A DNA stretch of 64,000 bases from Solirubrobacterales bacterium (lineage in GTDB: Bacteria; Actinomycetota; Thermoleophilia; Solirubrobacterales; 70-9). Of the stretch, positions 1-8,392 are shown in pieces. Both the position numbers and the translations under genes were made by a program. The notes under the pieces are model-generated. The model had not been told where the DNA came from. It worked only from the letters and a program-made list of their open reading frames with translations, and ran no database searches. The stretch's first letter is position 1, and each line of letters opens with the position of its first letter. The DNA lies in NCBI GenBank assembly GCA_036269215.1, contig DATASN010000033.1, positions 9,359 to 73,358 of the forward strand, read 5' to 3'.

Positions 1-310
1 CCAGGTCCCTCTCGAAGCGGAGGTTCGCGGCGACGTAGCGCAGCCGAGCGTGCTCGTGAGCCTCCGGATTGGCGTCGACGCCGACCACGCTCGCCGCGGC
101 TCCGGAGAGCTCGGCCGAGCCGTAGCCCTCGCCGCAGGCCATGTCGACCACGCGTCTGCCCGCGACCCGCTGCGCGATCCACTCATATACGACCAGGTGG
201 CGCCGGTACCAGTAGTTCTCCTCGGGCAGGTCGGGCAGCGTGCGCTCGCCGGTGAGCGGCAGCGGCGGCACCCCGGGGGGCTGGTTGAGCTGGACGTATT
301 CGCGAGCCAC
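1..310 (-). CDS. Class I SAM-dependent methyltransferase (3' end runs off the window)
   Basis: Hand translation of the minus strand from GTG at 310: VAREYVQLNQPPGVPPLPLTGERTLPDLPEENYWYRRHLVVYEWIAQRVAGRRVVDMACGEGYGSAELSGAAASVVGVDANPEAHEHARLRYVAANLRFERDL. It has the motif I signature VDMACGEGYG. It is missing from the ORF track because no stop lies inside the window. Confidence 0.6.
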   Translation of the reverse strand, partial: MAREYVQLNQPPGVPPLPLTGERTLPDLPEENYWYRRHLVVYEWIAQRVAGRRVVDMACGEGYGSAELSGAAASVVGVDANPEAHEHARLRYVAANLRFERDL

Positions 311-338
311 GGATGGGGACCGTATTGTTCCCGACCGC

Positions 339-1271
339 ATGCCGGCCTCCCCCACAGCGACCCCCGAGCACATCAAGGACGTCAACACGCGCTACCACGA
401 CGCAGCCGCGGAAGAGTACGACGCCAAGTGGGGAATCGACTTCGGCGCGACCGGCCAGGAGCAGGTGCGCCAGAAGCTGGTCAAGGCGCTGGGCGGATGG
501 GACAGGCGGAGCTTCGGCGCCGGCCTCGAGATCGGCTCGGGCACCGGCTACTTCTCGCTCAACCTGCTGCAGCTCGGCGCGATCGGACGGCTGACCGCGA
601 CCGACGTCTCGGCCGGGATGCTGAAGCGCCTCGCCGCCACCGCCGAGGGTCTCGGCCTCGAGGCCGAGACGGTGGAGACCGAGGCCGAGGAGCTGCCCTT
701 CGCCGACGAGAGCTTCGACCTCGTCTTCGGCCACGCCGTCCTGCACCACATCCCCGACCTCGACCGGGCCTTCGCCGAATTCCGCCGCGTCCTGCGCCCC
801 GGTGGAGCGATCGCCTTCTGCGGCGAGCCCTCGCGCTACGGCGACCGCCTCGCGGCCCTGCCCAAGCGGGCCGGCCTGCTCGCCGCGCCGCTCTGGCGCC
901 GCGCCGTCGGCGCGCGGCCGCGCGCGATCGCCGAGGCCGACCGGTCCGAGGGGCACGCGCTGGAGGGCGAGGTCGACGTCCACGCCTTCGCCCCCGCCGA
1001 CCTGCGCCGCCTGCTCCGCGAGGGCGGCTTCGAGGACCGCCACGTCGGCGGCGAGGAGCTGCTCGCCAACGCCTGGGGCTGGGGCCTGCGCACGGTCGAG
1101 TCCAGCGCCGAGCCCGAATCGGTCTCCTGGGGCTGGCGCCGCTTCGCCTTCAACAGCTACATCGCCCTGCAGAAGGTCGACTCACGCCTGCTCGAGCCCC
1201 ACCTGCCGGCCGAGCTCTTCTACAACCTGCTCGTCTCCGGCCGCAAGCCGGAACAACCCAAGGCTTGTTGA
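339..1271 (+). CDS. Class I SAM-dependent methyltransferase (Methyltransf_11-like)
   Basis: Frame of ORF 240..1271. The internal ATG at 339 gives MPASPTATPEH... Motif I is GLEIGSGTGYFSLNL and the post-I/II region is FDLVFGHAVLHHIPD..LRPGGAIAF. Confidence 0.8.
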   Translation: MPASPTATPEHIKDVNTRYHDAAAEEYDAKWGIDFGATGQEQVRQKLVKALGGWDRRSFGAGLEIGSGTGYFSLNLLQLGAIGRLTATDVSAGMLKRLAATAEGLGLEAETVETEAEELPFADESFDLVFGHAVLHHIPDLDRAFAEFRRVLRPGGAIAFCGEPSRYGDRLAALPKRAGLLAAPLWRRAVGARPRAIAEADRSEGHALEGEVDVHAFAPADLRRLLREGGFEDRHVGGEELLANAWGWGLRTVESSAEPESVSWGWRRFAFNSYIALQKVDSRLLEPHLPAELFYNLLVSGRKPEQPKAC

Positions 1272-1303
1272 AGCTTTTCGGCCCCTATGGCCGCCACAAT
1301 CCT

Positions 1304-2218
1304 TCAATCGGCGACGTCGAGACGGCCGGCAACGGCCGCGAGGGTCGCTGTGACCCTGGCCGCCTCGAAGCGGACCTGCGCTGCGGTGAAGCGCAGGGTG
1401 GTTAGCCCTGCAGCCGTGTGCGCCTGATCGCGGAGCCGGTCCCTCGCCTGCTGGGCGGGAGTCCTGTGGTACCTCAGCCCATCGGTCTCCACCACCAAGC
1501 CCAAGCGAGGCCAATAGAAGTCCACGCGGAATCCGTTGAGCCAAGCCTGGGTCTCGGGCATCGGCAGGCCCGCCGCTCGGATGAGGGCAAGGAATCGACG
1601 CTCCAGGACTGAGTCGGTGAGGGAAAAAAACCACGAGTCCAACACCGACCGGAGGCGGGCCAGGCCGGGACGCTTCGGATACGTGTCGAGCGCCAGCCGC
1701 AGCGCCTCTGGGTCGATCAGGTCGAGACGATCAGCCTCGTTGACTGCCCTCTCGGTGCCCTCGCGAGCCGTGCATGCGGCAAGGTCGACCAGGGTGGAAA
1801 CGGGATCGGTGACGGGTATCCCGTCTACCAATCTGCGCTCCAGGACGCCCAAGCCTGACCGGCGGTGGACGCGGATTCCGGGATGGCGCCTGACGACGCC
1901 ATACGCCACCACGATCTCTATCCCTGGCGGAGCATCCATAAGTCCCCAAAGGGCGGCGGCGCTGCGGTGGCTGAGAAGCGCAGTCGGTCCGCAGACCAGC
2001 ACTGCAGCCATCCACCGCCCCCGCTGGTCGACCTCCGGTCTGCCAACTGCGTAGACGCCGCGCCAAATTGGGTGCAGGCGTCCCACCGTGATGCGATGGC
2101 GGATTGCACGTGGGCTCAGCCCGAGCGCAAGCAATTGCCTCCGCGAGACCACCCCGTGCTGTTGCCGGACCAGATCCCAAACACCGCTCGATTGAGATTG
2201 AAGCTTTGTAGCCCTCAC
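1304..2218 (-). CDS. DUF559 (Vsr-like endonuclease fold) protein with AbiEi-like N-terminal wHTH
   Basis: N-terminus is GVVSRRQLLALGLSPRAIRHRITVGRLHPIWRGVYAVG. C-terminus is FRVDFYWPRLGLVVETDGLRYHRTPAQQARDRLRDQ, typical of DUF559. A paralog lies at 33724..34629. Confidence 0.75.
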   Translation of the reverse strand: MRATKLQSQSSGVWDLVRQQHGVVSRRQLLALGLSPRAIRHRITVGRLHPIWRGVYAVGRPEVDQRGRWMAAVLVCGPTALLSHRSAAALWGLMDAPPGIEIVVAYGVVRRHPGIRVHRRSGLGVLERRLVDGIPVTDPVSTLVDLAACTAREGTERAVNEADRLDLIDPEALRLALDTYPKRPGLARLRSVLDSWFFSLTDSVLERRFLALIRAAGLPMPETQAWLNGFRVDFYWPRLGLVVETDGLRYHRTPAQQARDRLRDQAHTAAGLTTLRFTAAQVRFEAARVTATLAAVAGRLDVAD

Positions 2219-2296
2219 CTCGACTATAAGGCTTCAGCCGAGGCGGATTCTCCCCCCTCCTTCGCCCAAATCTGGTGGCGATTGGGTGGCACGGCC

Positions 2297-3403
2297 TCAG
2301 CCGAGGCGGCGGGCGCGGTAGAGCTTGGTGCGCGATTCGAAGCCCTTGAGGCGGCGCTCGCCGGCGAAGGAGTACTCGAAGGCGTCCGGGGCCGCCTGCT
2401 TCGCCGCCCTGTCGACGAGGACGCTGCCCGGCTTGGCGACGCCGGTGATGCGGCTGGCCAGGTTGACCGAGCGGCCGTAGTAGTCGCCGCTCTGGACGAG
2501 GGCGGGGCCGCGGGCGATCCCGGCGCGCAAGCTCGGGAAGGCCTCTCCCTCCCCCTCTGAGGCCTCGACCAGGCGAAGCGCCGCGTCGGTCATCGGCTCG
2601 GCGTCGGTCGCGACAAGCATCGCCGCATCGCCGATCGTCTTGACCAGGCGCACCGGCGGTTCGGCGACCGCGGTCGCCATCTCCTCGAGGCGGCCGGCGA
2701 CCAAACCGAGCTCCTCCGGCGCAATCTCCTCGCCGAGCTTGGTGAAGCCGACCAGGTCGGCGAAGCAGACCGAGACCTCGGTGGTGGCGCCCATCCCGCC
2801 CGAGGCGAGATCGGCGGTGCCGATCACGTCGCGGCGAATCTGCTCGAGCAGGTGGGCGCGCTGCGCGTAGAGCAACGTGGGCTCGAAGATCGGCAGCATG
2901 TGCTCCGCCGCGGCGGCGAAGCGCAGGGCGAGGTCCCGCTCTGTGTCGCCCGGCTGCATCAGCGTGCGCCTGATCAGCTCGCGATTGGCGTCGGCTATCC
3001 GTGCCGTGCCCATCCCGATCGTCCTCGCGACCTGGATGATGCCGTCCTCGGGCAGACCCGCGTCGAGGAAGGCCTTGACCCGCTTGGCCGTTTCGAGGTC
3101 GGCCTCGGTGAGGACCTTTTCCCCTGCGTCCGGGTAGGGAATCCCGAGCGCCGCGCTTGCCCGCTGCAGCAGGCCGAGGTCGGCGTCGGAGAGCTCGGCA
3201 ATCTCCTCCCGCGTGTAACGGGGGCCGTCGCCGGCGAGGCCGCGCTCGACCGGCAACAGGGTGAGGCGGCCGGCGGCAACCGCTTCGCGCAGCTCATCCA
3301 GCGCCACCCCCTCACCGGCCAGCTGCTCGAGCAGGGCGAGGCGCGCCTCGCGCACCTCGCCCTCGACGCCGTCGAGCAGCCCCTCTGCCTCGAAGTCGAT
3401 CAT
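2297..3403 (-). CDS. Class III adenylate cyclase with an Rv1264-type N-terminal regulatory domain
   Basis: Catalytic blocks are VCFADLVGFTKLGE, LVKTIGDAAMLV, FPSLRAGIARGPA and GDYYGRSVNLASRITGVAKPGSVLV. The N-terminal ~170 aa looks collinear with my recollection of M. tuberculosis Rv1264, the pH-sensing cyclase. Confidence 0.85.
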   Translation of the reverse strand: MIDFEAEGLLDGVEGEVREARLALLEQLAGEGVALDELREAVAAGRLTLLPVERGLAGDGPRYTREEIAELSDADLGLLQRASAALGIPYPDAGEKVLTEADLETAKRVKAFLDAGLPEDGIIQVARTIGMGTARIADANRELIRRTLMQPGDTERDLALRFAAAAEHMLPIFEPTLLYAQRAHLLEQIRRDVIGTADLASGGMGATTEVSVCFADLVGFTKLGEEIAPEELGLVAGRLEEMATAVAEPPVRLVKTIGDAAMLVATDAEPMTDAALRLVEASEGEGEAFPSLRAGIARGPALVQSGDYYGRSVNLASRITGVAKPGSVLVDRAAKQAAPDAFEYSFAGERRLKGFESRTKLYRARRLG

Positions 3404-4905
3404 GCGACCGCAACGCTACCGCCGCGGCGCGGATCGCCGCCGCCGCTCAGCGCCCCGGTCGCGCGCTCCCGGGCGACCGCCTGGGCGCCGCCGAAGAAGA
3501 GGTTGATCGCCGGCCGCCTGACGACGGGCAGGCCGCGAGCCTCCAGTCGTGCCAGCGCCTCCTCGTCCAGCCCCGGCTCGGCCTGGACGACGCCCTGCTC
3601 GAAATGCAGGCGCGGCGCCCGCACCGCCTCGCCGGCGCCCATGCCCTGCTCGACCGTGCGCACGATCGTCTGCAGGATCGCCGAGCGGATCCGGTTGGAG
3701 CCGGCGCTGCCCAGCCCCAGCTCGATCTCGCCGCCGCGCAGGACCACGGTCGGCGCCATCATCGAGGGCACCCGCCGCCCCGGCGCGATCGAGTGGAAGC
3801 CGAGCGGGTTGAGGTCCTCCTCGCCGAGCATGTTGTTGAGGATCACGCCGGTGTCCGGGACGAGTACCCCCGAGCCCGAGCCGTTGGAGCAGGTGACGCA
3901 GGCGCACATGCCGTCGCCGTCGAGCACCGAGATGTGGGTGGTCGAGCCGAGCAGGTCGCCGGCGGCGCTGTCGAGCGCGCCGGGGTCGAGCAGGCTCGCC
4001 TCCAGATCCTCGCCGTAGAGCGCCTCGGCGAAGGCCTCGCCGCGGGCCTCGTTGGCGGCACCCATCGCGGCGACCAGCTGCTCGGGCCCGCTGCTCTCCC
4101 CCAGCCGCTCGAGCAGCCCGAGGCAGTAGGCGATCAGGATGCCGCCCGAGGACGGCGGCGGGTTGGTCAGCACCTCGGTGCCGCGGAAGCTCGTGCGAAT
4201 CGGCCGGCGCTCGATCGTCTCGTAGCCGGCCAGGTCCACCGGGCCGAGCGTGCCGCCGCGCTCTACCACGTGGTCGCTCAGCGCCGCGGCGACCTCGCCG
4301 CAGCGGAACAGCTCGGCGCCCTCGGCGCCGAAACGCTCCAGCGCCTCGGCCAGCTCCTCGAAGCGGAAGACCTCGCCCTCGCGCAGGGTGCGCCCGGCCG
4401 GCGCGTAGAGCTCCCGCGTTCCTTCGATGCGAGCGTGGATCGGCGCGAGGATGTCGAGGATGTAGGCCTGCTCGGCGTTGACCGGCACCCCCTCGCGGGC
4501 GAGGCGCACGCCTGGCTTGACAAGCTCGGCGAGCGGGATCGAGCCGAAGCGCCGCAGGGACTCCTCCAGACCCGAGGCGGTGCCGGGCACGCCACAAGAA
4601 GCCGGACCTACGTAGAACGTCTGCACCGTCTCGGCATCGAAGTGGACCGGCACCGGGGCCAGCTCGGCGCCGCGCTCGATCCCGTCCCGTCCCGGTGCGG
4701 CGACGAAGAAGTCGAGCAGGACCGTCTCCCCGCCGCGGTGGACCATCATGAAACCGCCGGCGCCGAAGCCGGTCAGGGGGCTCTCGACCGCGAAGGAGGC
4801 GAGCACGGCGGCGACCGCGGCATCGACGGCGTTGCCGCCCTCGCGCAGGACCTCGGCCCCCGCCTCGGCGGACAGTGGGTGGCCGGCGGCGACGACCCCT
4901 TTCAT
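3400..4905 (-). CDS. ggt: Gamma-glutamyltranspeptidase family protein
   Basis: The N-terminus GVVAAGHPLSAEAGAEVLREGGNAVDAAVAA and the autoprocessing region GSTTHISVLDGDGMCACVTCSNGSGSG are GGT hallmarks. The 3' end overlaps the cyclase start by 4 nt. Confidence 0.85.
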   Translation of the reverse strand: MKGVVAAGHPLSAEAGAEVLREGGNAVDAAVAAVLASFAVESPLTGFGAGGFMMVHRGGETVLLDFFVAAPGRDGIERGAELAPVPVHFDAETVQTFYVGPASCGVPGTASGLEESLRRFGSIPLAELVKPGVRLAREGVPVNAEQAYILDILAPIHARIEGTRELYAPAGRTLREGEVFRFEELAEALERFGAEGAELFRCGEVAAALSDHVVERGGTLGPVDLAGYETIERRPIRTSFRGTEVLTNPPPSSGGILIAYCLGLLERLGESSGPEQLVAAMGAANEARGEAFAEALYGEDLEASLLDPGALDSAAGDLLGSTTHISVLDGDGMCACVTCSNGSGSGVLVPDTGVILNNMLGEEDLNPLGFHSIAPGRRVPSMMAPTVVLRGGEIELGLGSAGSNRIRSAILQTIVRTVEQGMGAGEAVRAPRLHFEQGVVQAEPGLDEEALARLEARGLPVVRRPAINLFFGGAQAVARERATGALSGGGDPRRGGSVAVA

Positions 4906-4915
4906 GAGCGGCGGC

Positions 4916-6250
4916 TCAGCCGGGCAGGAACTCTGGGACGTCGATGCCGAGCTCGCCGGAGCGTTCGGAGCGGCGCGAGCGCGGTGCGTCTTTGGTGCGC
5001 CGGATCGTCGGCTCGGCGACGCGGCGTGGAGTTGCCGCGTGGCCGTCGAAGCGCGTCGCCACCACGGTCACCCAGACCTGGTCGCTGAGCTCCTCGTCGA
5101 CGTTGGCGCCGAAGATGATGTTGGCGTCGGGGTGGGCGGCCTCGCCGACCAGCTTCGCCGCCTCGCTGACCTCGACCAGCGAGAGGTCGGCGCCGCCGGT
5201 GATCGAGAGCAGGATCGCCCGCGCGCCCTCCATCGAGGTCTCCAGCAGCGGCGAGGAGATCGCTTTTTCGGCCGCCAGCACGGCCCGGCCCTCGCCGTGG
5301 CCCATGCCGATGCCGAGCAGCGCCCGGCCGGCCTCCGACATGATCGTGCGCACGTCGGCGAAGTCGAGGTTGATCAGGGCGGGAAGGGTCACGAGGTCGG
5401 AGATGCCCTGCACGCCCTGGCGCAGCACGTCGTCGGCCACCTGGAAAGCCTCGACCATCGAGGTCTGCTGGTCGAGCACCTCGAGCAGGCGGTCGTTGGG
5501 GACGACGATCAGCGTGTCGACCTCGGCGGCGAGGTCCTCGATGCCCTTGCCGGCCTGGCCGCCGCGGCGGCTGCCCTCGAAGCTGAACGGCTTGGTCACG
5601 ATCCCGACCGTCAGCGCGCCGACCTCGCGGGCCAGGCGGGCGATCACCGGGGCGGCGCCGGTTCCCGTGCCGCCGCCGGCGCCGGCGGCGACGAAGACCA
5701 TGTCGGAGCCCTTCAGCAGGCGCTTGATCTTGTCCTGTTCCTCGAAGGCGGAGCGGTGGCCGAGCTCGGGGTCGGCACCGGCGCCGAGACCGCGTGTCGA
5801 CTCGTCGCCGATGTGGACGGTGACGTCGGCGACACAGAGCTGCAGCGACTGAAGATCGGTGTTGACGGCCATGAACTCGACCCCGGGAATCCGCGCCTCG
5901 ACCATCCGGTTGACCGCGTTGACCCCACCACCCCCCACACCCACGACCCGAATCACGGGCTGATGCGGCTCACCGCTCCCGGGCGGCTCATAGGCAGGCT
6001 CCTCCCGCCCATAGCGAGGAGTCTCAACGATCGGCTCGATCTCCCGCCGCTGCGGTTTAGGCTCCTCGGAAAAGACCCGCTTCAGCCGCTCAGGAGGCGT
6101 CTCTTCTGAGGACTCCGGCGCGGTGGGGGGCTCCTCGGGCTGCTGCGCCTCCAGCTCGGGAGGATCGGACGGAGCGTCGTCAGCGGTGGATCGGAATAGA
6201 TCGGAGAGAGGACCCTCTCGCATGCTGGCCCGCTTATTACGCCGACTCAT
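4916..6250 (-). CDS. ftsZ: Cell division GTPase FtsZ with a ~97-aa N-terminal extension
   Basis: Motifs are VGVGGGGVNAVNRM, AVNTDLQSL, GGGTGTGAAPV, NLDFADV and the C-terminal peptide DVPEFL. An AAGGAGG Shine-Dalgarno lies 9 nt upstream of the ATG at 6250, inside the 3' end of the upstream gene. Confidence 0.9.
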   Translation of the reverse strand: MSRRNKRASMREGPLSDLFRSTADDAPSDPPELEAQQPEEPPTAPESSEETPPERLKRVFSEEPKPQRREIEPIVETPRYGREEPAYEPPGSGEPHQPVIRVVGVGGGGVNAVNRMVEARIPGVEFMAVNTDLQSLQLCVADVTVHIGDESTRGLGAGADPELGHRSAFEEQDKIKRLLKGSDMVFVAAGAGGGTGTGAAPVIARLAREVGALTVGIVTKPFSFEGSRRGGQAGKGIEDLAAEVDTLIVVPNDRLLEVLDQQTSMVEAFQVADDVLRQGVQGISDLVTLPALINLDFADVRTIMSEAGRALLGIGMGHGEGRAVLAAEKAISSPLLETSMEGARAILLSITGGADLSLVEVSEAAKLVGEAAHPDANIIFGANVDEELSDQVWVTVVATRFDGHAATPRRVAEPTIRRTKDAPRSRRSERSGELGIDVPEFLPG

Positions 6251-7406
6251 GCTCCAAGACCTCCTTCGCCAGCTCCCGGTAGTAGTTCGCGGCGCTGCTG
6301 CCGGAATCGTACTTGAGCACGCTGGCGCCTTTCACCGGAGCCTCGGCGAATTTGATTGCCTTGCGGATCCGGGACTTGAAGACCAGGTCGCCGAAGTTCT
6401 CCTCGAGGATTTCCACCGCCTCCTTGGCGTGGACCGTCCGCGAGTCGAGCATCGTCGGCAGGATGCCCTCGATCTTGACGTCCGGGTTGAGGTTCTCCTG
6501 GATCATCTTCAGCGTGTTCTGGAGCTGTACCAGTCCGCGCATCGAGAGATACTCGCACTGGACGGGGACGATCACCTTGTTCGCGGCGGTCAGCGCGTTG
6601 ATCGTCAGCAGCCCGAGGCTGGGCGGCGTGTCGATGCAGACGAAGTCGTAGTAGCCGGAGACCTCGCGCAGCGCTTTCTCGAGCGAGCGCTCACGGCCGA
6701 TCTTGGTGCTCATCGCGATCTCGGCACCGGCCAGGTCGATCGAGGCGACGGCGATATCGATCTCTCGCTTGACGATGATCTCGCTGATCGGCATGTCGTT
6801 GACCAGCACGTCGTAGAGGCTCTTCTCCACCTTGTCGGGGTCGATCCCCTGGCTCATCGTCAGGTTCCCCTGCGGGTCCAGATCGACGCAGAGCACCCTG
6901 TACCCCGACTCGGCGAAGGCAACGGCAAGGTTCAAGGTAGTGGTGGTCTTGGCCACCCCACCCTTCTGATTGGCAAAGGCGATCACATCGGCATGCTTAG
7001 TAGGCGCCTCCGCCTCGGTCTCCTCGACGGCGACCTCGTGCCGCGAGGGCGCGAGCAGATCTCGCGGCAGGAACCGCTCAGGCTTCTCGTCAACCACCTC
7101 AACTTGAGCCACAGAGGCGGCCGGTCCCGCCCCGCTGCCGACGCTCGGCTCCGGGGCTACGTCGATCCGCTCCTCTGCGGGTGGCGTGGGAGTAGGGGTG
7201 TCGAGGACGGACCGTGGCCCGCCCGCAGGCCCCCCTGCTCCCGCGACAGGACCCGCAGCCGAGCGCTCTGAAGATTCTTCATCCCGAGGCTCGGTCGTGC
7301 GCTCGGGAACGGCCTCCTCCATCTCCTGCAGCTCCTCCACGATCGGATGCACCTCATCGACGACAGGAGCGGGCCCGGACTTGTTCTTGCGGCTGAGGAA
7401 TCCCAT
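6237..7406 (-). CDS. ParA/Soj-family P-loop ATPase with a ~135-aa low-complexity N-terminal extension
   Basis: It has the deviant Walker A in IAFANQKGGVAKTTTTLNLA, plus VLCVDLDPQGN and FVCIDTPPSLG. It overlaps the ftsZ start by 14 nt. The start at 7406 is uncertain because there is no clear SD. Confidence 0.8.
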   Translation of the reverse strand: MGFLSRKNKSGPAPVVDEVHPIVEELQEMEEAVPERTTEPRDEESSERSAAGPVAGAGGPAGGPRSVLDTPTPTPPAEERIDVAPEPSVGSGAGPAASVAQVEVVDEKPERFLPRDLLAPSRHEVAVEETEAEAPTKHADVIAFANQKGGVAKTTTTLNLAVAFAESGYRVLCVDLDPQGNLTMSQGIDPDKVEKSLYDVLVNDMPISEIIVKREIDIAVASIDLAGAEIAMSTKIGRERSLEKALREVSGYYDFVCIDTPPSLGLLTINALTAANKVIVPVQCEYLSMRGLVQLQNTLKMIQENLNPDVKIEGILPTMLDSRTVHAKEAVEILEENFGDLVFKSRIRKAIKFAEAPVKGASVLKYDSGSSAANYYRELAKEVLEHESA

Positions 7407-8392
7407 TGCGCGGGTATTCGCATGACCACCCGCTTTTCCTGCCGCCCCGAGAAATTGCTAGGAATCACCCGGTAACCGAACTTCTCGACAAGCGCGTGGT
7501 CTTCGTCACCGGCAAGGGGGGCGTCGGCAAGACCACGGTCGCGGTCGCGCTCGGCCTGCGCGCCGCCGCCGAAGGAAAGCGGACGATCGTCTGCGAGGTC
7601 TCCGCCCAGGAGAACGCCTCGCGGATCTTCGAGCACACCGAAGTCGGCTTCCACGAGGTCGAACTGGCGGAGAATCTCTGGTCGATCTCGATCGACCCCG
7701 ACGAGTCGATGCGCGAGTACGTGCTGCTGCAGCTCAAGGTGCGGGCGATGCGCGACATGCTCTTCCGCAGCCGCATCTTCAACTACCTCGCCGCCGCCAC
7801 CCCCGGCCTCAAGGAGCTGGTCACGATCGGCAAGATCTGGGAGCTCTCCCAGCTCGACCGCAAGGTCAAGAGCGGGCGCAAGTACGACCTGGTGATCGTC
7901 GACGCGCCGGCCACCGGGCACGGGATCGGCTTCCTGCAGACGCCGCGCACCTTCGCCGCGATCGCCCGCGTCGGCCCGATCCACTCTCAGGCCCAGCAGC
8001 TCGACCGCCTGATCACCGACCACCGCCACACCGGCGTCGCGATCGTCGCCCTGCCCGAGGAGATGCCGGTCAACGAGTCGGCGGCGCTCGAGCACGACCT
8101 GCGCGAGGAGGTCGGCGTCGCCGTCGACCGCGTCTACATGAACGGCCTCTACCCGGAGCGCTTCTCCAACCGGGAGGCCGAGCGGCTGGCGGAGCTGGCC
8201 TGCGGCGAGAACGGCGTCGTGCGGGCAGCTGCGCGGGCGGCGCTCTCCGAGCACAACCGGGCCCGCTCGCAGCGCGCCCAGCTCGCCCGGCTGCGCCGCC
8301 GGGTCGAGGCGCCGGTCAGGACGCTGCCCTTCCTCTTCGAGCCCGACCTCGGCGTCGAGGCCGCGGGACAGCTGGCGAAGAGGCTCGGCTGA
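7406..8392 (+). CDS. ArsA/GET3-family ATPase-like protein (first of a pair, Rv3679-like)
   Basis: The P-loop is VVFVTGKGGVGKTTVAVALG, and DLVIVDAPATGHG is present. The TTG start at 7406 is uncertain. Confidence 0.75.
   Translation: MRGYSHDHPLFLPPREIARNHPVTELLDKRVVFVTGKGGVGKTTVAVALGLRAAAEGKRTIVCEVSAQENASRIFEHTEVGFHEVELAENLWSISIDPDESMREYVLLQLKVRAMRDMLFRSRIFNYLAAATPGLKELVTIGKIWELSQLDRKVKSGRKYDLVIVDAPATGHGIGFLQTPRTFAAIARVGPIHSQAQQLDRLITDHRHTGVAIVALPEEMPVNESAALEHDLREEVGVAVDRVYMNGLYPERFSNREAERLAELACGENGVVRAAARAALSEHNRARSQRAQLARLRRRVEAPVRTLPFLFEPDLGVEAAGQLAKRLG

Noticed and set aside
183-1043. 286-aa minus-strand ORF overlapping the methyltransferase gene.
   Set aside because: It has no recognisable motifs. 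The plus-strand frame carries clear SAM-methyltransferase motifs, and the real minus-strand gene at the window edge is in a different frame (1..310).
2230-2309. 17-nt imperfect direct repeat GGC(T/C)TCAGCCGAGGCGG at 2230..2246 and 2293..2309, considered as a possible target-site duplication next to the DUF559 gene.
   Set aside because: It is short, has one mismatch, and has no matching repeat on the other side of the DUF559 gene. The second copy is simply the 3' coding end of the cyclase gene. This could be chance in GC-rich DNA.
5940-5965. An internal GTG just before VIRVVGVGGGG as the true ftsZ start, which would remove the N-terminal extension.
   Set aside because: That GTG would leave almost no residues before strand S1 and has no well-spaced SD. 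The ATG at 6250 has a perfect AAGGAGG at 9 nt. I kept the long form but flagged it for experimental confirmation.
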